A stretch of 60,952 nt of DNA, counting the filler, from Sphacelaria rigidula (Eukaryota), in NCBI GenBank assembly GCA_964200075.2. It is 8 parts of 8 records of this genome, joined end to end, with 100 filler letters (N's around TTAATTAATTAA, not from the genome) between each part and the next. Parts side by side here need not be neighbours in the genome. Positions count along the whole stretch, not along the records: positions 1 to 7,532 come from CAXNAA020014471.1; positions 7,633 to 15,164 come from CAXNAA020014472.1; 6 more parts are not named here. One strand, written 5' to 3'. The position numbers and the translations under genes are program-made. Every line of letters starts with the position of its first letter. Position 1 is the stretch's first letter. The notes under the pieces were generated by a model. That model was not told the DNA's origin and did no database searches. It saw nothing but the letters and a program-made list of their open reading frames with translations. Positions 1 through 11,964 of this stretch are shown here, piece after piece.

Positions 1-5
1 AAAAT

Positions 6-43
6 ACTAAGTCAAGCAACCAATGAGTACCCCCCCCCCCCCC
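6..43 (+). mobile_element. 3' tail fragment of the poly(C)-tailed LINE
   Basis: actaagtcaagcaaccaatgagtac followed by a C-run; matches the LINE end at 32690-32738. Confidence 0.8.
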
Positions 44-91
44 TTCGTACGATGACTCGATAACATGAGCATACCTCCCCCACAAACACTC

Positions 92-1051
92 CACACCCTG
101 GACAATGCAATATGTAATCCATATTGTCCGCTCAATATGTCGACGCGTTGGGTTGTCAATATATACTGGGCGAGCAATATGATGGCACGAGAAAGGGTCA
201 AAATATATTGTGCCATCAGTATGTCAAGACTCGCGACATGCAATATATATCGACCGAACAATATACTACGACACGCGCCGCCTCAATATATATTGGCCGA
301 GTTATATGTTGGTGCGAGAAGGCACCACTACATATTTTTCGAGTACTATACTGACTATACTAGCTGCCAGACGAGGTCAATATATATTGATGATTCAATA
401 TAATCAAAACCTCAAGCTTCAATATATATATTGTCGCATCAATATGTCGTGCGTCAATTCGTCCATTATGTATTGGGCGGACAATACACGAGAGAACCGG
501 CGGTCACAGTACATGTTGGTGTAGCAATATATCTTTATTTTCAACATGTAGATTGGAAAGTGTATTGAAATTAGTATGATTGGCAGTTCTACATTCGTGG
601 CGCCATTCAAAGATGTATCACCCACCATATGCCGAAAACGCTCAATATATTCCTCCGCAAGCGTCTTCAATATATTTTGGCTGCACAATAGCTATGCGAT
701 GAGCGTGCGCAATATATATTGGAAAAACAATATGTTTGCCTGGTTTGCGTTCAATATATATTATGGTAACAATATGCTACCCATCGTTTCGACTCAATAT
801 GTATCGACACTTCAATACATACACGGCCGGCATGCACAATGTATGTTTAATGTTTTATTCTCGGAGAAAATGCATGACCAATATAAATTGTCATACATTA
901 CTTCATGATCATGACACGAGCAATATATGATGTTGCCTCAATGTCTCCGAGGACATCTCAACACAATATATATTGAAAAGACAATATTTGCGCTGGCTCC
1001 AATACAAAGTACTGGTATCATATTGGAACATATTGTATTATCTAGGGTATA
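92..1051 (+). mobile_element. Non-autonomous TIR element (hAT-like) filled with CAATATATATTG-type palindromes
   Basis: TIR CACACCCTGGACAATGCAATATG / CATATTGTATTATCTAGGGTATA; flanks AAACACTC / GAACGCTC (6 of 8 match, decayed 8-bp TSD); collinear inverted copy at 24001-24947. Confidence 0.8.
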
Positions 1052-2389
1052 GAACGCTCTCACCTGGGGGGTGTTATTTGACGTGTTGGTCGTTTGCGTG
1101 CGGACTTCACGCATGATGCTTCTGAACGCACGATGAAGATATTGTCAAAACATCAACACCCTCACCCTCACCATGTAGCTCTGCGGGATAGTAAGGAGCT
1201 CCACCGTTCGTTTCGGCAGGATGGAAAAGCGTGTGGATACCACTCCCAGCGACGGCTACTTTCCTATCTATGAAAAAACCATGGGCCCAACCTTCAGACG
1301 AGCCCTCAATACCTTTGAGGCCCTTAGGGCTGAAAGTGCTTCTACTGAACCAAAATTGAAATAGTGTCCTGTCCCATCCTGTCCTATCCGTCCAGGTCTC
1401 GCTACGAAACTCTGAACCACGCATTTTTTTTTCCCGAATGGATTCGAAGCCGCGCTGCGCGAAAAAACCGTCCCATCGCTCTTTTAATATCAATCGAGAC
1501 GCCCTCAACAAGTTTCAGCTTCATTGGTGCCCATGGCGTTGCGTTTCACTATAGTTTCAACACGCACACGAGTACACCCCATTTCAACCCCTTTTGACCA
1601 GAGCGAGTCTTGATCGAACTTCTTAGACTTGAGTGTCGCAACTCTAAACGAGGAACTTTTGGAGGTTGGAGGCATCAAACGCAGCAACCGGCTCTCCGAA
1701 TCACTTGAAACATGCCCAAGAAGGTTCAGCTTCATTGCTGCTGTCTTCTTTGTCTTCGCTTGGGCGTGCCGACGCCGTCCGTGGCTGAGGTGGAAGGGGG
1801 GTGTCAAAGTACGTGATCGATTCCCCGGTTTCCTTCACCCGTGAAGCTTTACGTGGGGATAGAGGAGACCACGAACCGTGATCAACTTCCCGGTTCACGA
1901 CCTCGTGAAGCTTTGCAAAGGAATAGAGGAGAGAGCAACCACCAACTGACCAGGAAATCGATGCCAACATATATTAAGGTGAGTCCTCCGGTAAGACGGT
2001 GTAGATGTACAGACATTGTCGACAACGCCGCTGCCGAATCCGAGCTTTTTGGGGTGCAGAGTATGTGTACTCGTACCGTTGTACTTTCTGTAGTGTACAG
2101 GAACCTGATGTGGGGTACCACGGTACGACGCAACGCTTGAAAGATGATTCACTGCCTGCCTGTTCTTTGGCTTTATTGTGACAAGCACTTCTGCAGAAAA
2201 GGATCCTCTGTGTACAGAACAATTCCAACAAATCTGTGAAATCATGACACATTCAGGCGTACACGCAAACATGAGTTCCCCCATTTTGGCACAAATCACG
2301 GTCCCGCCAGATTCGGGATTGGCTGCGATAGAAGTTGGTCTGACGCCTCAGATGTAGAAAAAGTGGACTCCCGGATAAATGGAACGACG

Positions 2390-2745
2390 CGGGATAGGTC
2401 ACAAGAGAAGGTGTGGGTGGCTTTTTATTTTCCCTTATATTGGTAAATATACTTTTTTCGCACAGAGGAAGGCTAACACCGGAGTTTTTTTGTCAAATTT
2501 CTTTTCAGCACTCCACCTTCTTTCTGTGGTGCTTGCCTTTCTTTTTACTGAGAGAAGGGTTCAACGGTCCCTCCCCTCGTCGACCGTGAGGTCAAACTTT
2601 GTGTACGCACGACATGGTCGCTCTACACTCCAGCCGGTCGCCCCGGTGGCTCAGTTAGTAACCTCGACACCTTCTGACGGTTGGGTCGTGGGTTCGAATC
2701 TCAGAACGATCTGGGATTTTTTCTTATGCCGAACAGTGCCGTGAC
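2390..2745. mobile_element. tRNA-derived SINE copy with the head inverted relative to the body
   Basis: Head on + (about 2636-2720: A-box TGGCTCAGTTAG, B-box GGTTCGAATC); body 2390-2622 is collinear with the body of the minus-strand copy at 3031-3388. Confidence 0.7.
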
Positions 2746-3030
2746 GTCTATACAGCAAAAAAATCACTGTGTTTGACTTACTCCCCCATAGAAAATCGTG
2801 AATAGTTGTAAAAAATAGAAACTCTCTCACATTCACCAGCTAAGAGGCTTGTACTGCTCGAAAATGACATTCAACGTGGTGGGCGATTCGAAAATCATCC
2901 ATCTGTAGGATGCAGCAGCAGAGACTCTCCATGGGGAGCGGAGGATGGGAACAAGTAAGTCAAGACTGGCAGTACCCGGGGACAAGGGCGCAAAATTCTT
3001 CACGTCCGGACTGAAAAACACGCCTGATGT

Positions 3031-3388
3031 GTGTCTTGTGTTGTGTTGTCGTCCCATCTATTTTGGGCGCCAGTCTACACCTTTCGGTGAATGTGGGCGC
3101 ACCAACCGGGGTCACACAGGAAGAAGGTCAACACAGCAGCTTTTTCTTTTTTATTTATTTTTAGTACCCCACCTTCCTTGTGCGGTGCTTGCCTTCTTTT
3201 TTTTTCGCGAGAGGGTTTTACCAATCCCTTTCCCTCATCGGCCGTTCAGTCGAATTTTGTGTACCCACGACATGGTCGCTCTCCAATGCTGGGCGTTGTG
3301 TGAGAAAAATCCCAGATCGCTCAGAGAATTGAAGCCAAGACCCAACCCTCAGGATGTTTCGAGGTTACCCACTGAGCCACCGGGGCGA
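3031..3388 (-). mobile_element. tRNA-derived SINE (near full length)
   Basis: Minus strand starts GTCGCCCCGGTGGCTCAGTGGGTAACC (A-box), then a decayed B-box, the shared body, and an ACAAC-like tail. Confidence 0.75.
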
Positions 3389-3521
3389 CGAGCTTTGCGT
3401 ATATTTAAGCAGGTTACCATTTGTTGATATTTTTCAGGATGAGGTATACATCTGCTGCATCACTTCGAGGTGTATAGAAGTCAGCATCAGCAGTCTTCAG
3501 AATTCGTAGTTGTTGTGCAGT

Positions 3522-3778
3522 TGAGGGATGCTATGGTAGGGGTACACAAATATCTTCTGAGGTCAAATTTGTTAGGAGCCCTTTATCTCATCCAAAACAC
3601 GACTTATGAAAATAGCGAGACACGCTAGGATGACTATTCCAATGTGCTGGGGATATCCCGAGTTAATCTGCAAACGGGAATGCCCTGGCCCATATTCTTG
3701 TGCGTCTAGAATCGTGAGGAGCCTCTGAACCAGACAAAATTTCGCGAAAAAAGTGCACCCCTACCGTAGCATTGCTCA
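3522..3778. mobile_element. MITE / fold-back element
   Basis: 26-bp imperfect IR TGAGGGATGCTATGGTAGGGGTACAC / GTGCACCCCTACCGTAGCATTGCTCA. Confidence 0.65.
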
Positions 3779-4092
3779 GTTTTTGAGTTTTCTCGAGTGC
3801 TATTCTTCATTACTACCTGAAAGTGCTAGCACCGGTAGATTTAGGGGGAAACCGTAGGCCGTTCAAACTGCGGTGCCCAAGTTGGTGTTTTTCGGGCGAT
3901 ACGGACTAGATACCCCGTTTATCAGGAGAGTGTGTTTTACTGACCGTTTTTGGTCCAATAAAAACAGTTTTCCAGCTCTTCCGCAACGAAACGGTGAATA
4001 TTCAGATAAATGAATACGTATACAATTCTTCACAATAACGATCGAGATCGTCTTTCCCTTCTATACTGCACAGAGTCCTCCTACGATAGGGG

Positions 4093-4195
4093 ACTACGAT
4101 AGGGGGGGGGGGTATTTTGGGCCATTTGTTGCTCGAAATTCCGAGTCAGATCGTCGTTGAAAGCAGCAACGGTTTTTCGAACAAGCTTGTTGTGG
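4093..4195. repeat. Dispersed repeat (second copy at about 45364-45465)
   Basis: ctacgatagggg...ggtattttgggcca...cgaaattcc...tcgtcg...cagcaac is shared between two scaffolds. Confidence 0.7.
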
Positions 4196-4754
4196 ATCCC
4201 TGACAGTGAATATGCAAATCTGCACCTGTCATAGCGTTGTCATAGGGTTTTCCCCAGGGTTGAATTTGCAGTCCTGTGTAGGCTTGTCGGCAAACTGCTG
4301 TACATATCCCGCATACTGCACCGTTATCAGCGTATGGGATCGGACACGCAACAAAATTTGTCGAAAGTGATTCATCCTTTTGTCCCCCAGTCCATGTATA
4401 ATGCATGGGCTAAAGGTTGAATAACTCTCACCAGCTTTCGCTGAATAGAGATCCCACACACTGGTCACGTGTGTATGTCCACACGCCTGTGCTTCAAGCG
4501 AACCAGGCGTGGTAAGATGCCAGGTGAACGGTGTATACCTCGCCTATGAATCCCCATAGTTCACAAAAAACCCGTGTTCCAGTGTTTACCAACACGAACC
4601 ATGTTTAGAAAAAGTCACTTAACCAATCGAACCTCTATTGGGACCCCAGCAATTTCGTATATTAGTAAATATAGACCATCACCCGGAGATATGAGTATAT
4701 ATCACCGACCGCCCGTTCACAAATTGAGCATCAATGCACACCCCACAACAGTGT

Positions 4755-4890
4755 TATTCCCAGTTACCACCACAACCCTGCAGCAAAGAGTACGGGTTGG
4801 GCACAGGGATATAGACACCTACACACTGCCGTGGGTGGGTGTGATGTATTTCTTGTTGGTGGAAACTTGAGCATCTTCTTTCATGGTCGC
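4755..4890 (+). repeat. Dispersed repeat (second copy at about 18865-18990)
   Basis: caaccctgcagca..gagtacg.gttg.gc.cagggata is shared between two scaffolds. Confidence 0.6.
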
Positions 4891-5503
4891 GGCATCAAAC
4901 GGAATAGTGTTGGCCATAGTGGTCGTCCACATGCATGTCTCTACTGTACAAGTCGAGTACTAGAGCGAAACGACAACAGGATTTCGATCATACAGGTTAC
5001 GAGGTTTTGCTAGCTCATGCAAACATCACTTAATTTTACTATTATATATGGTCAAACATTTCACCATTCCATTTGGCACAGTTCGATTTTACTATCATGT
5101 CAACCTTCTAGCATCTGCTCGCTGCTGGAATCAAACATCTTACTGTCTCATCGTTACTCTTGAAACAATCGTAAGCTCACAGCATGTGGATAAGTCCAAC
5201 ATAGAAATGACACAGGACGAACGTCACGATATGCTTGGTCACAGATCAAGGCCGATTTCTTTTCTCTTTCTCTCATTGGTGGCGTCGAGACTTCGCACTT
5301 CCGAGAAGGAGTGGACACCAGGGTGCACCCGATTGGGTCGGTCCTCGGAAAGAACCGGATCCAACCAGATGTAAAGAGGCATGTTTATGTATTCCGTCTC
5401 TCGACGGATTTACATAACGCCTCACCCCTGACTGCGGTACTAGCCAGTCCCGCAATCAGCCCTCCGGGCGCGTAAGTCGTTTTGAATCGACGGCCCATCA
5501 TCG

Positions 5504-6573
5504 TACTACCCTTATCCACCACGCCACTCCGCGATCCGTAACAGCTCACCCGGGGAAAACATGAGCGGATGAGCTACCCCCGGTAGCTCACCCCAGGGAC
5601 ACATGGTCGTGGCTCACTCACGTCATATGCCTAGGTCGCCGCTGGCCAACCCCGCGTCGCTTATGATGTAACATTCTTGTTCGAACGGATAGCGCCACAT
5701 ATCATTATATTGTAATGTTTTGCCTCACTCTTTGCGACAGGAAGAAAGTGAGCCAACACATATCCTCGTTCGCTTGGTCGGATGGTTAAAAAAGTATTAG
5801 TATTCAGTGTCTACGATGATCGACCGATCCATTGCTTTTGATCGGTTGGCCGCGAGAGTACGAGTCCATCTGGTCATGCATACGCTTTTCAAGTGAAATC
5901 GGAGGCGATTCAATAGATGCCTTCTGCTCGCCGTCGAGGGTTTAGCCCTTTGACCGCGAGGTTTGGCGATCTGATAAATCAGCATAATTCACTTTTTTTT
6001 CGGGTGTGAATGATGCCATTTGGAGACCTTTTACCCTCGCGATTAAAGGGATAAGCAATCGTGGCTCTCATAGCTCTCATAGCTCATCCAGGGCAAATAT
6101 GTGTAGCTCATGCATCTCTCATAGCTCATCCGGGGCAAACAGGCGTAGCTCATGCATCTCTCAAAGCTCATCTAGGGCAAACATGCGAAGCTCATACAGA
6201 TCCCATAGCACCCAGGGTTAAGATGAGTTCATGGGCTACGGGTTGGTAGCTCATCCAGGGGGGAAATTCGTAGCTTATGCATCTATCTAGCTCACCCAGG
6301 ACGAATCTGAGCTGATGAGCTACGGGTCGGTACCTCATCTATCGCAAACGTGCGTAGCTCACGCAGCTCTCACAGCTCACCCAGGAAGAATATGAGCTGA
6401 TGAGCTACGGGTTGGTAGCTCACGTACGGTAAACATGCGTAGCTCATACAGCTCTCATAGCCCACCCCAGGAAAAAAATGCGTAGTAGCTCATGTAGCTC
6501 TCATAGCTCACTAGGGAGTTGCGCTCGAAAAGAGCTAGCTCGAGCTGTAGGGAGCTGATCTGTCCGACGTGTG
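5504..6573. mobile_element. Partial hAT-like element with a GTAGCTCA/AGCTCACCCAGG subterminal array
   Basis: Dense degenerate AGCT-motif array (5540-5610, 6060-6550); right end GTCCGACGTGTG closely matches the terminus of the TSD-flanked element at 49041-50497; left TIR not found. Confidence 0.55.
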
Positions 6574-6990
6574 AAATTGAGGGTGGAGCTTTTCATTGAG
6601 GATGAGAACCCGGAGGATTATAATCTTGGTACCGACACCAAATCCTCGAAATATGGTTCCATTCCTTCACCGATTGGTAGCTGTTAAAAAGTACTACACG
6701 TCACTCAAATTTGGATTCAGATGAACGAAATGTTGGGGTCTTAGATGATGAAACAATATCGAGGAATTTAGGTCATGATCCGATCGGATCGCCGAAATCC
6801 CCTGAAATTATTTTTGCACCTAAGACCCCAACATTTCGGTCATCAAAATCCAACTTTGTAGGGCGTCTAGCACTTGTTAATAGCTACCGGTATGTGAAGG
6901 AATAGAATCATAATTCGAAGATTTGGTGTGGATACTACGAAGATTTCATTCCTCCGGGTTCTCATCCTAAATCAAAAGCTCCCTCAATTT
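6574..6990. repeat. ~420-bp imperfect palindrome (fold-back element)
   Basis: Arms pair along the whole length around the perfect centre GATCCGATCGGATC (6777-6790); an arm fragment recurs at 7504-7532. Confidence 0.85.
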
Positions 6991-7532
6991 CGATGATGGG
7001 CTGTTTTTAGCCCGAAAATGGTGCTTCCGTACAAACCCTCTAGGGGAAGGGAAGTCGGGAGATCCGGCAAAATAGTTTGAGGGAGATTGGGGGCATCAGG
7101 TCATCCATATGAAGGTCATCCCTCATGACGTTAGGTCAGGAGAAACACTGTTTTGGAGTTGAAACTCATGTATGTGTTCAACCCCATTTGTCATAAGTCT
7201 CTGTATGGAGGGACGTTGCAATTCGGAATTGTTTGACGACCACCCACCAATGACTCTCAACCGGAAAAATGGTGCGGAGTGCAACTCCAGAGCGGGACCC
7301 CACCAGATAGTGCTATTTGTCTGGCCGGTTGTTCCTTCGAGATTCATGCATGTGGCGTGAACGCGGAGTGCATATGTGATGGTTGGGGTGATCATGGGCA
7401 CACGACTTTAGAGGGAAATGTTCTCCAATTTTATTGTTCTGCATAGTCCGCTCATACCAGGCAAGTCTGTTTAGAACAGCCGATCATCTATGTTGAGGAT
7501 GGTGCTTTTCATTGAGGATGAGAACCCGGAGG

Positions 7533-7632
7533 NNNNNNNNNNNNNNNNNNNNNNNNNNNNNNNNNNNNNNNNNNNNTTAATTAATTAANNNNNNNNNNNN
7601 NNNNNNNNNNNNNNNNNNNNNNNNNNNNNNNN
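7533..7632. other. Artificial scaffold linker (44 N + TTAATTAATTAA + 44 N)
   Basis: Six-frame stop linker; identical 100-bp structure recurs 7 times. Confidence 0.99.
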
Positions 7633-8959
7633 TAGGCTCCTCTCTGTTGGGTGATGCAAAGTGTCCGAGACGTGTGTTGGCGATTTTCCCTGTTTGGGGG
7701 TCAAAAAGTGGCTCAAACGCCATAAAAGTGAACAATCCGTGGGCCAAAAATCTGTGTGCCATAGCATCCGGCCTAGTGACAAACAAAACAAGAGTCCTGT
7801 AAAAATGATTTTTTCATCCTTCTTCGTCATTTTACGTCCCAAAAGAAGAGCTATTTGGAGTTTGACACCTTGGAATGACTTGCTCTACTCGTTGAGACGG
7901 TTCCATGACATCTTCGCGTTTCCCGGTGGCCGCGTTCCGTTTTGGCAATTTTTTTCTTGTTCCAAGAACGGTCAAGGCCAGAGAAGAACGTGAGTTGTTT
8001 CCAGGTGTCATTATCTTTGACCTCTCGACGTGCAAGATACCTTCCTCGTGATCGCTGATACCCGGAACGTGGGAGCCGTTTCGTAACTAGTCGCTCTGTG
8101 TCATCCAAATCATGTACACAATCTTGTTCAGCCTCTACCTGTAGAGCCCCGGCGACACAGATGATGATATGTCCGATGTGTGAATGTTTCACTGCCTGCG
8201 AAACCACGACCTTGAAACCCGGAGATCCAGTCAATCCGAACGTAAAATCAAAATCCGCCGCGAAGATTGCATACACAACGTAGCCGCACTTTGTTTTTAT
8301 GCTTGGTTCACGACTACCTTTACGCTCCAGGATACGTTTGTTGCGTCAGCCTCGGACAACAACACGCGTTTTTCAGGGAACGTTTTCGTAGTCTCAGGGT
8401 TTTGTTCTGGCAGGTATCGAAGTGCTTTCCCGAGAGACACCTGGCCCTCGGTGTTGGTCTCACTATACCTCCCCCCCCCCGCGCCCTCATTTTTTCTGGC
8501 GGGGTCTCCGGGTCAATTGGGAAGTCACGAGTGAAGCATTTTTCTCTCGCCACCACGGCGCCCAGCGGTGTGAGCCTCAGCTTATCAACTTATTTCCCTG
8601 CCGATCGCTGCATCACTGGGCGACTATTCCTCCTCACGTTCTAATCGCTCATTTTCCCCCAGGCGTGCGGGGGATGGTCTTGACTGAGGTCTATCGATGA
8701 TGCCATGAGAGTACCATCGAAAACTGTCGCGACGTGTCCAAGATCCCCCTTGTGTAGACACATATGTGGACACATGAGTGCGGTGCAAGTTGTGTCCGTG
8801 TCCGTGAAGACTAGTGCTGTTATTTCGACGTCCTGGGGCGGGGCCGTCAGTTCATGAGCCTCATTTCCACGGTGTTTTGCTAGTTGTGATTTTGAGGTAT
8901 GTCTGTCGGCGTATGCGAGGGAGCCCCCAACAGGAGACGATGCACTCATCGGCCCGTCG

Positions 8960-9520
8960 TTCTCTTCGTCACGCCGCGATCTGTTGGTGCTACTGCTTGT
9001 CGGAGTGTCGGAGTGTCGGTGACAAGCGAAACGGGTGGGCTGTCCTGAGATTGGCGACCAGGAATTCCAGGGGTTGGTGTGCGATACTCGCTGTCGCTCA
9101 ATGTTTGTATGCTTTTCGACGGGAACTTTCCATGGGTATGAGGAACCTCTAGTTTTGTCCCACGATGGGTCTGCGCAGTACCAGTACAGATGCGATCGAT
9201 TTCCACCCTGCAGCGAATCTGAGCTTCAACCGTACGAGGGATCTTTCTCGATTTTCCGACAACGCTGTCCACCTGTCCCACATGAAAGCCTCTTCTCGGC
9301 TTTCCTGTCCAGCAAGTGCCCGTGCAGTACGAAAGCATCCGGTATCGTCGATTTTTCGACACGTGCGATGCGAGAGTTAGTCCCCGGTCTTTTGACCCGA
9401 TAAGGGGCCTCTACAGTGTCGGAGTTGTCCTCGATATTCCTGTCTCTCTGGTGATGTACTATACACAGTACACGAGTTTGGCCTTTATTTTCGACGACAC
9501 CGTTGACCTGTGCGATACGA
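8960..9520 (-). pseudogene. Highly decayed Ty3/Gypsy RT to RNase H linker remnant
   Basis: Frameshifted fragments (HH..NIEDNSDTVEA..P; PTPGIP..SPPVSLVTDT) resemble the GH.IS..GI.PDP.KVEA and P.L..PD...F.L.TDAS order; read by eye only. Confidence 0.3.
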
Positions 9521-11039
9521 GAGACAGTCCTCGATCTCCCACTCATCGAGCTCTGTGCGAGACGGGCATTCACCCTCGAGTTTCGGTCCCTCCAAAGTCT
9601 GTGCTTGATGCTGACTATGGAGTGCATCGTGAAGGGTTATGTGGTGGCTACCGCATGCGCTATGACGTCGTTGCTTAGCTAGTGTACCTTCGAGCGTGTT
9701 GTGATGGGACGATGGGAGGTGTGAGGTGGACGGATTTCATGTTGCGCCTGTAACATTTCGGAACTGTACTACGTACGATTCATGTTGCCCGACCGCGGCC
9801 ACGGCCATGGAACCGCCAGCGTCATCGGTAGAACACCATCAACCTATCCATGTCCCACCATAAATTCAGCCAGGGATGCCCACCGACTCTGACACCGCGT
9901 GGTAGGTATCTCCTCATTTTACCGAGTTGAAATATAAAATGGCATGGTGGCACGGGATTGCGTTATGGCTCAACCTCTGAGATGTGGATACCTCAGATAG
10001 ACGTCGACATTTCGGTTCTACATCTGGGATATCATATTCATTTTTGTTTTCGTCACACTCCCATGTCATCTTCTTCCTCGGGGCGATTTTCGTGATATCA
10101 AGGGTCAGCTCTTCTGTCCCCGTGACACGCCTCGTGTTTTTGTTCGCGGATTGGATCAATCAGCACGCCTGCACCGCGTCAAGTCTCGCCAAACAAACGC
10201 AGCCAGATTATTTTTTTCTATCCACGTATATGTCCTCACGCTCAACGGCGGAAATCGGATAGATAGTTCGAAGCAGAAACCCAAACGCCTGTGGCTGGAA
10301 TCGAACCTGCATTCTCGCCACCCTTGAGGTGTTGGTTGGACCATTAAACAGACCGCCGGGGTGGGGTGCTGGGATATATATATATATATATATATAATAT
10401 ATTCATCTGGGATATCAATCTGGGAGAAAACATCCGTCTAGGATACGGACATCTCAGGAGGACATGAATACCCCAGATGGATGTCCCAGATGTGTTCGAC
10501 ATCCCAGGTTGATGAAATATGCACGATAATGCAAGGCTCCTAGGACGCGTGATCTTCTACTCTGCTCCGACTTTCCTTAGCGTCGCACTTGGTCGATACA
10601 TCGACACCGTATCTACATCACAGTACATGGTTAGGTTGTCTATTCGCCATACATCCTACAATCCACGCCGTTGACCATCCATTATACTTGCTTGTCTCTC
10701 ACATAGGGCGCACGATGCCACCATGCGGTAGAGCCATTGTCGGTGTCCTCACCACCAGCATGGTTGCGTGGGTCCTGTGCTGGGGTGGGACGAGAGGGAC
10801 GCGCTTGCACGACCAAGACGTATCAAGATATGGATCGCACCACAGTCATGAGGCGATCGTCGAAATCTCTTTGGCGGAGTTACCTTGCAAGGGGTGTGGT
10901 CACCAAGGCAGTAACTCAGGGCGACGGACTCAGGAGGAGCCACACGAGGACCACCGCGTAGCTGGTATGAGCTCGAGGATCAGGGGGGGTCTTTGTATGA
11001 CGTAAGAGTACTCCTAGGTGTAGTTACGGTGGTCGTATT

Positions 11040-11212
11040 TGCAGTAGCAGTAGGAGCAGCAGCAGCAGCAGTAGCAGCAGTAGAGTGGTAGCCTAGTAGT
11101 AGTAGTAGTAGTGTTGGTAGTAGTAGTAGTAGTGTTGGTAGTAGTAGTAGTAGTGTTGGTAGTAGTAGCAGTAGTGTTCGGTAGTGTTAGTAGTAGCTAC
11201 AATAGTAGCAGC
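11040..11212. repeat. (GTA)n/(GCA)n microsatellite
   Basis: Direct reading. Confidence 0.95.
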
Positions 11213-11753
11213 AGGAAGAACACTTTTATTTGTTGTAGTTTGCAGATAGATAGAGTCATCTCGTGAGTCGGAAAGTGTCGCGGTGGGCGTCAAACGCAAC
11301 CTTTGCAAGTAGCCTCCGAACAGTTGAAGGCTTGGGTAGGAGTTAAGGTTAGTTGTTAGCTCAGGTATTGTTGCGTACGTTCAGCAAACGCACGATGTTT
11401 TCATGTTCTTACAAGGGAAGCAGATATCCATTGATATACCCCCACTATTGCTGGTGCTCTATACACTCTTCCCTGCGTAACATCATGCAGGTGCTGTCGA
11501 TATCCAGCGGGCAGTAATGCCTTGCGATGCTCTGGTGGAGGCACAACATGCTGCGAAGATTCGTTTCGTCATCAGTTCCGACGAGGTCAAGTAGCGGATC
11601 AATCAATATACTTTAACCCAGTATCCATTGCCGAAGGTAATGCCCATCACCCTCTGCTGAAATATTTTGGTCTGGAAATCACGTTTTCGGCTGTCTCTGG
11701 AAGTGACAATACCAGAAATGAACGCAACTCATTGGAGGCTATAATCGAAATAT

Positions 11754-11964
11754 AAGATAATCAGCATGCCTCGGGCCGAACAGTGTTGGCAGGATGCAGC
11801 TCACCCTTTATGCGACCCGCCGAGCACATCACGGGGGTTCGCACTTGGTGATTGATCGCGAGCCAAGTTCGACGAAAACCCGGCGTGCTCCATCCCTGCT
11901 TTGTCGGGCTGCGAGGTCAATGGTCTTATGACTATGGCATGCAAGATCATGAGTACACTCCCCT
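11754..11964 (+). mobile_element. 5'-truncated copy of the ~500-nt C-tailed partner element
   Basis: Matches the 3' 210 nt of 30644-31140; ends gagtacactcccct. Confidence 0.85.

Noticed and set aside
92-1051. CRISPR interpretation of the palindrome-spacer array, and its many Tyr/Ile-rich ORFs
   Set aside because: The repeat is only ~12 bp, degenerate and irregularly spaced, with TIRs; the ORFs are by-products of ATAT motifs.
1107-2299. Cluster of 90-135-aa minus-strand ORFs
   Set aside because: No recognisable domain or splice pattern; possibly old transposon coding debris.
2636-2720. Functional tRNA gene
   Set aside because: Acceptor and anticodon stems are incomplete, and it is attached to a repeated SINE body elsewhere.
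8520-8670. DIRS/Ngaro-like RT motif LRLTPLGAVV on the minus strand
   Set aside because: Single short motif with no supporting downstream RT motifs.
10276-10360. tRNA-like sequence on the minus strand (GGTTCGATTCC B-box)
   Set aside because: No convincing cloverleaf; at most a decayed SINE head.
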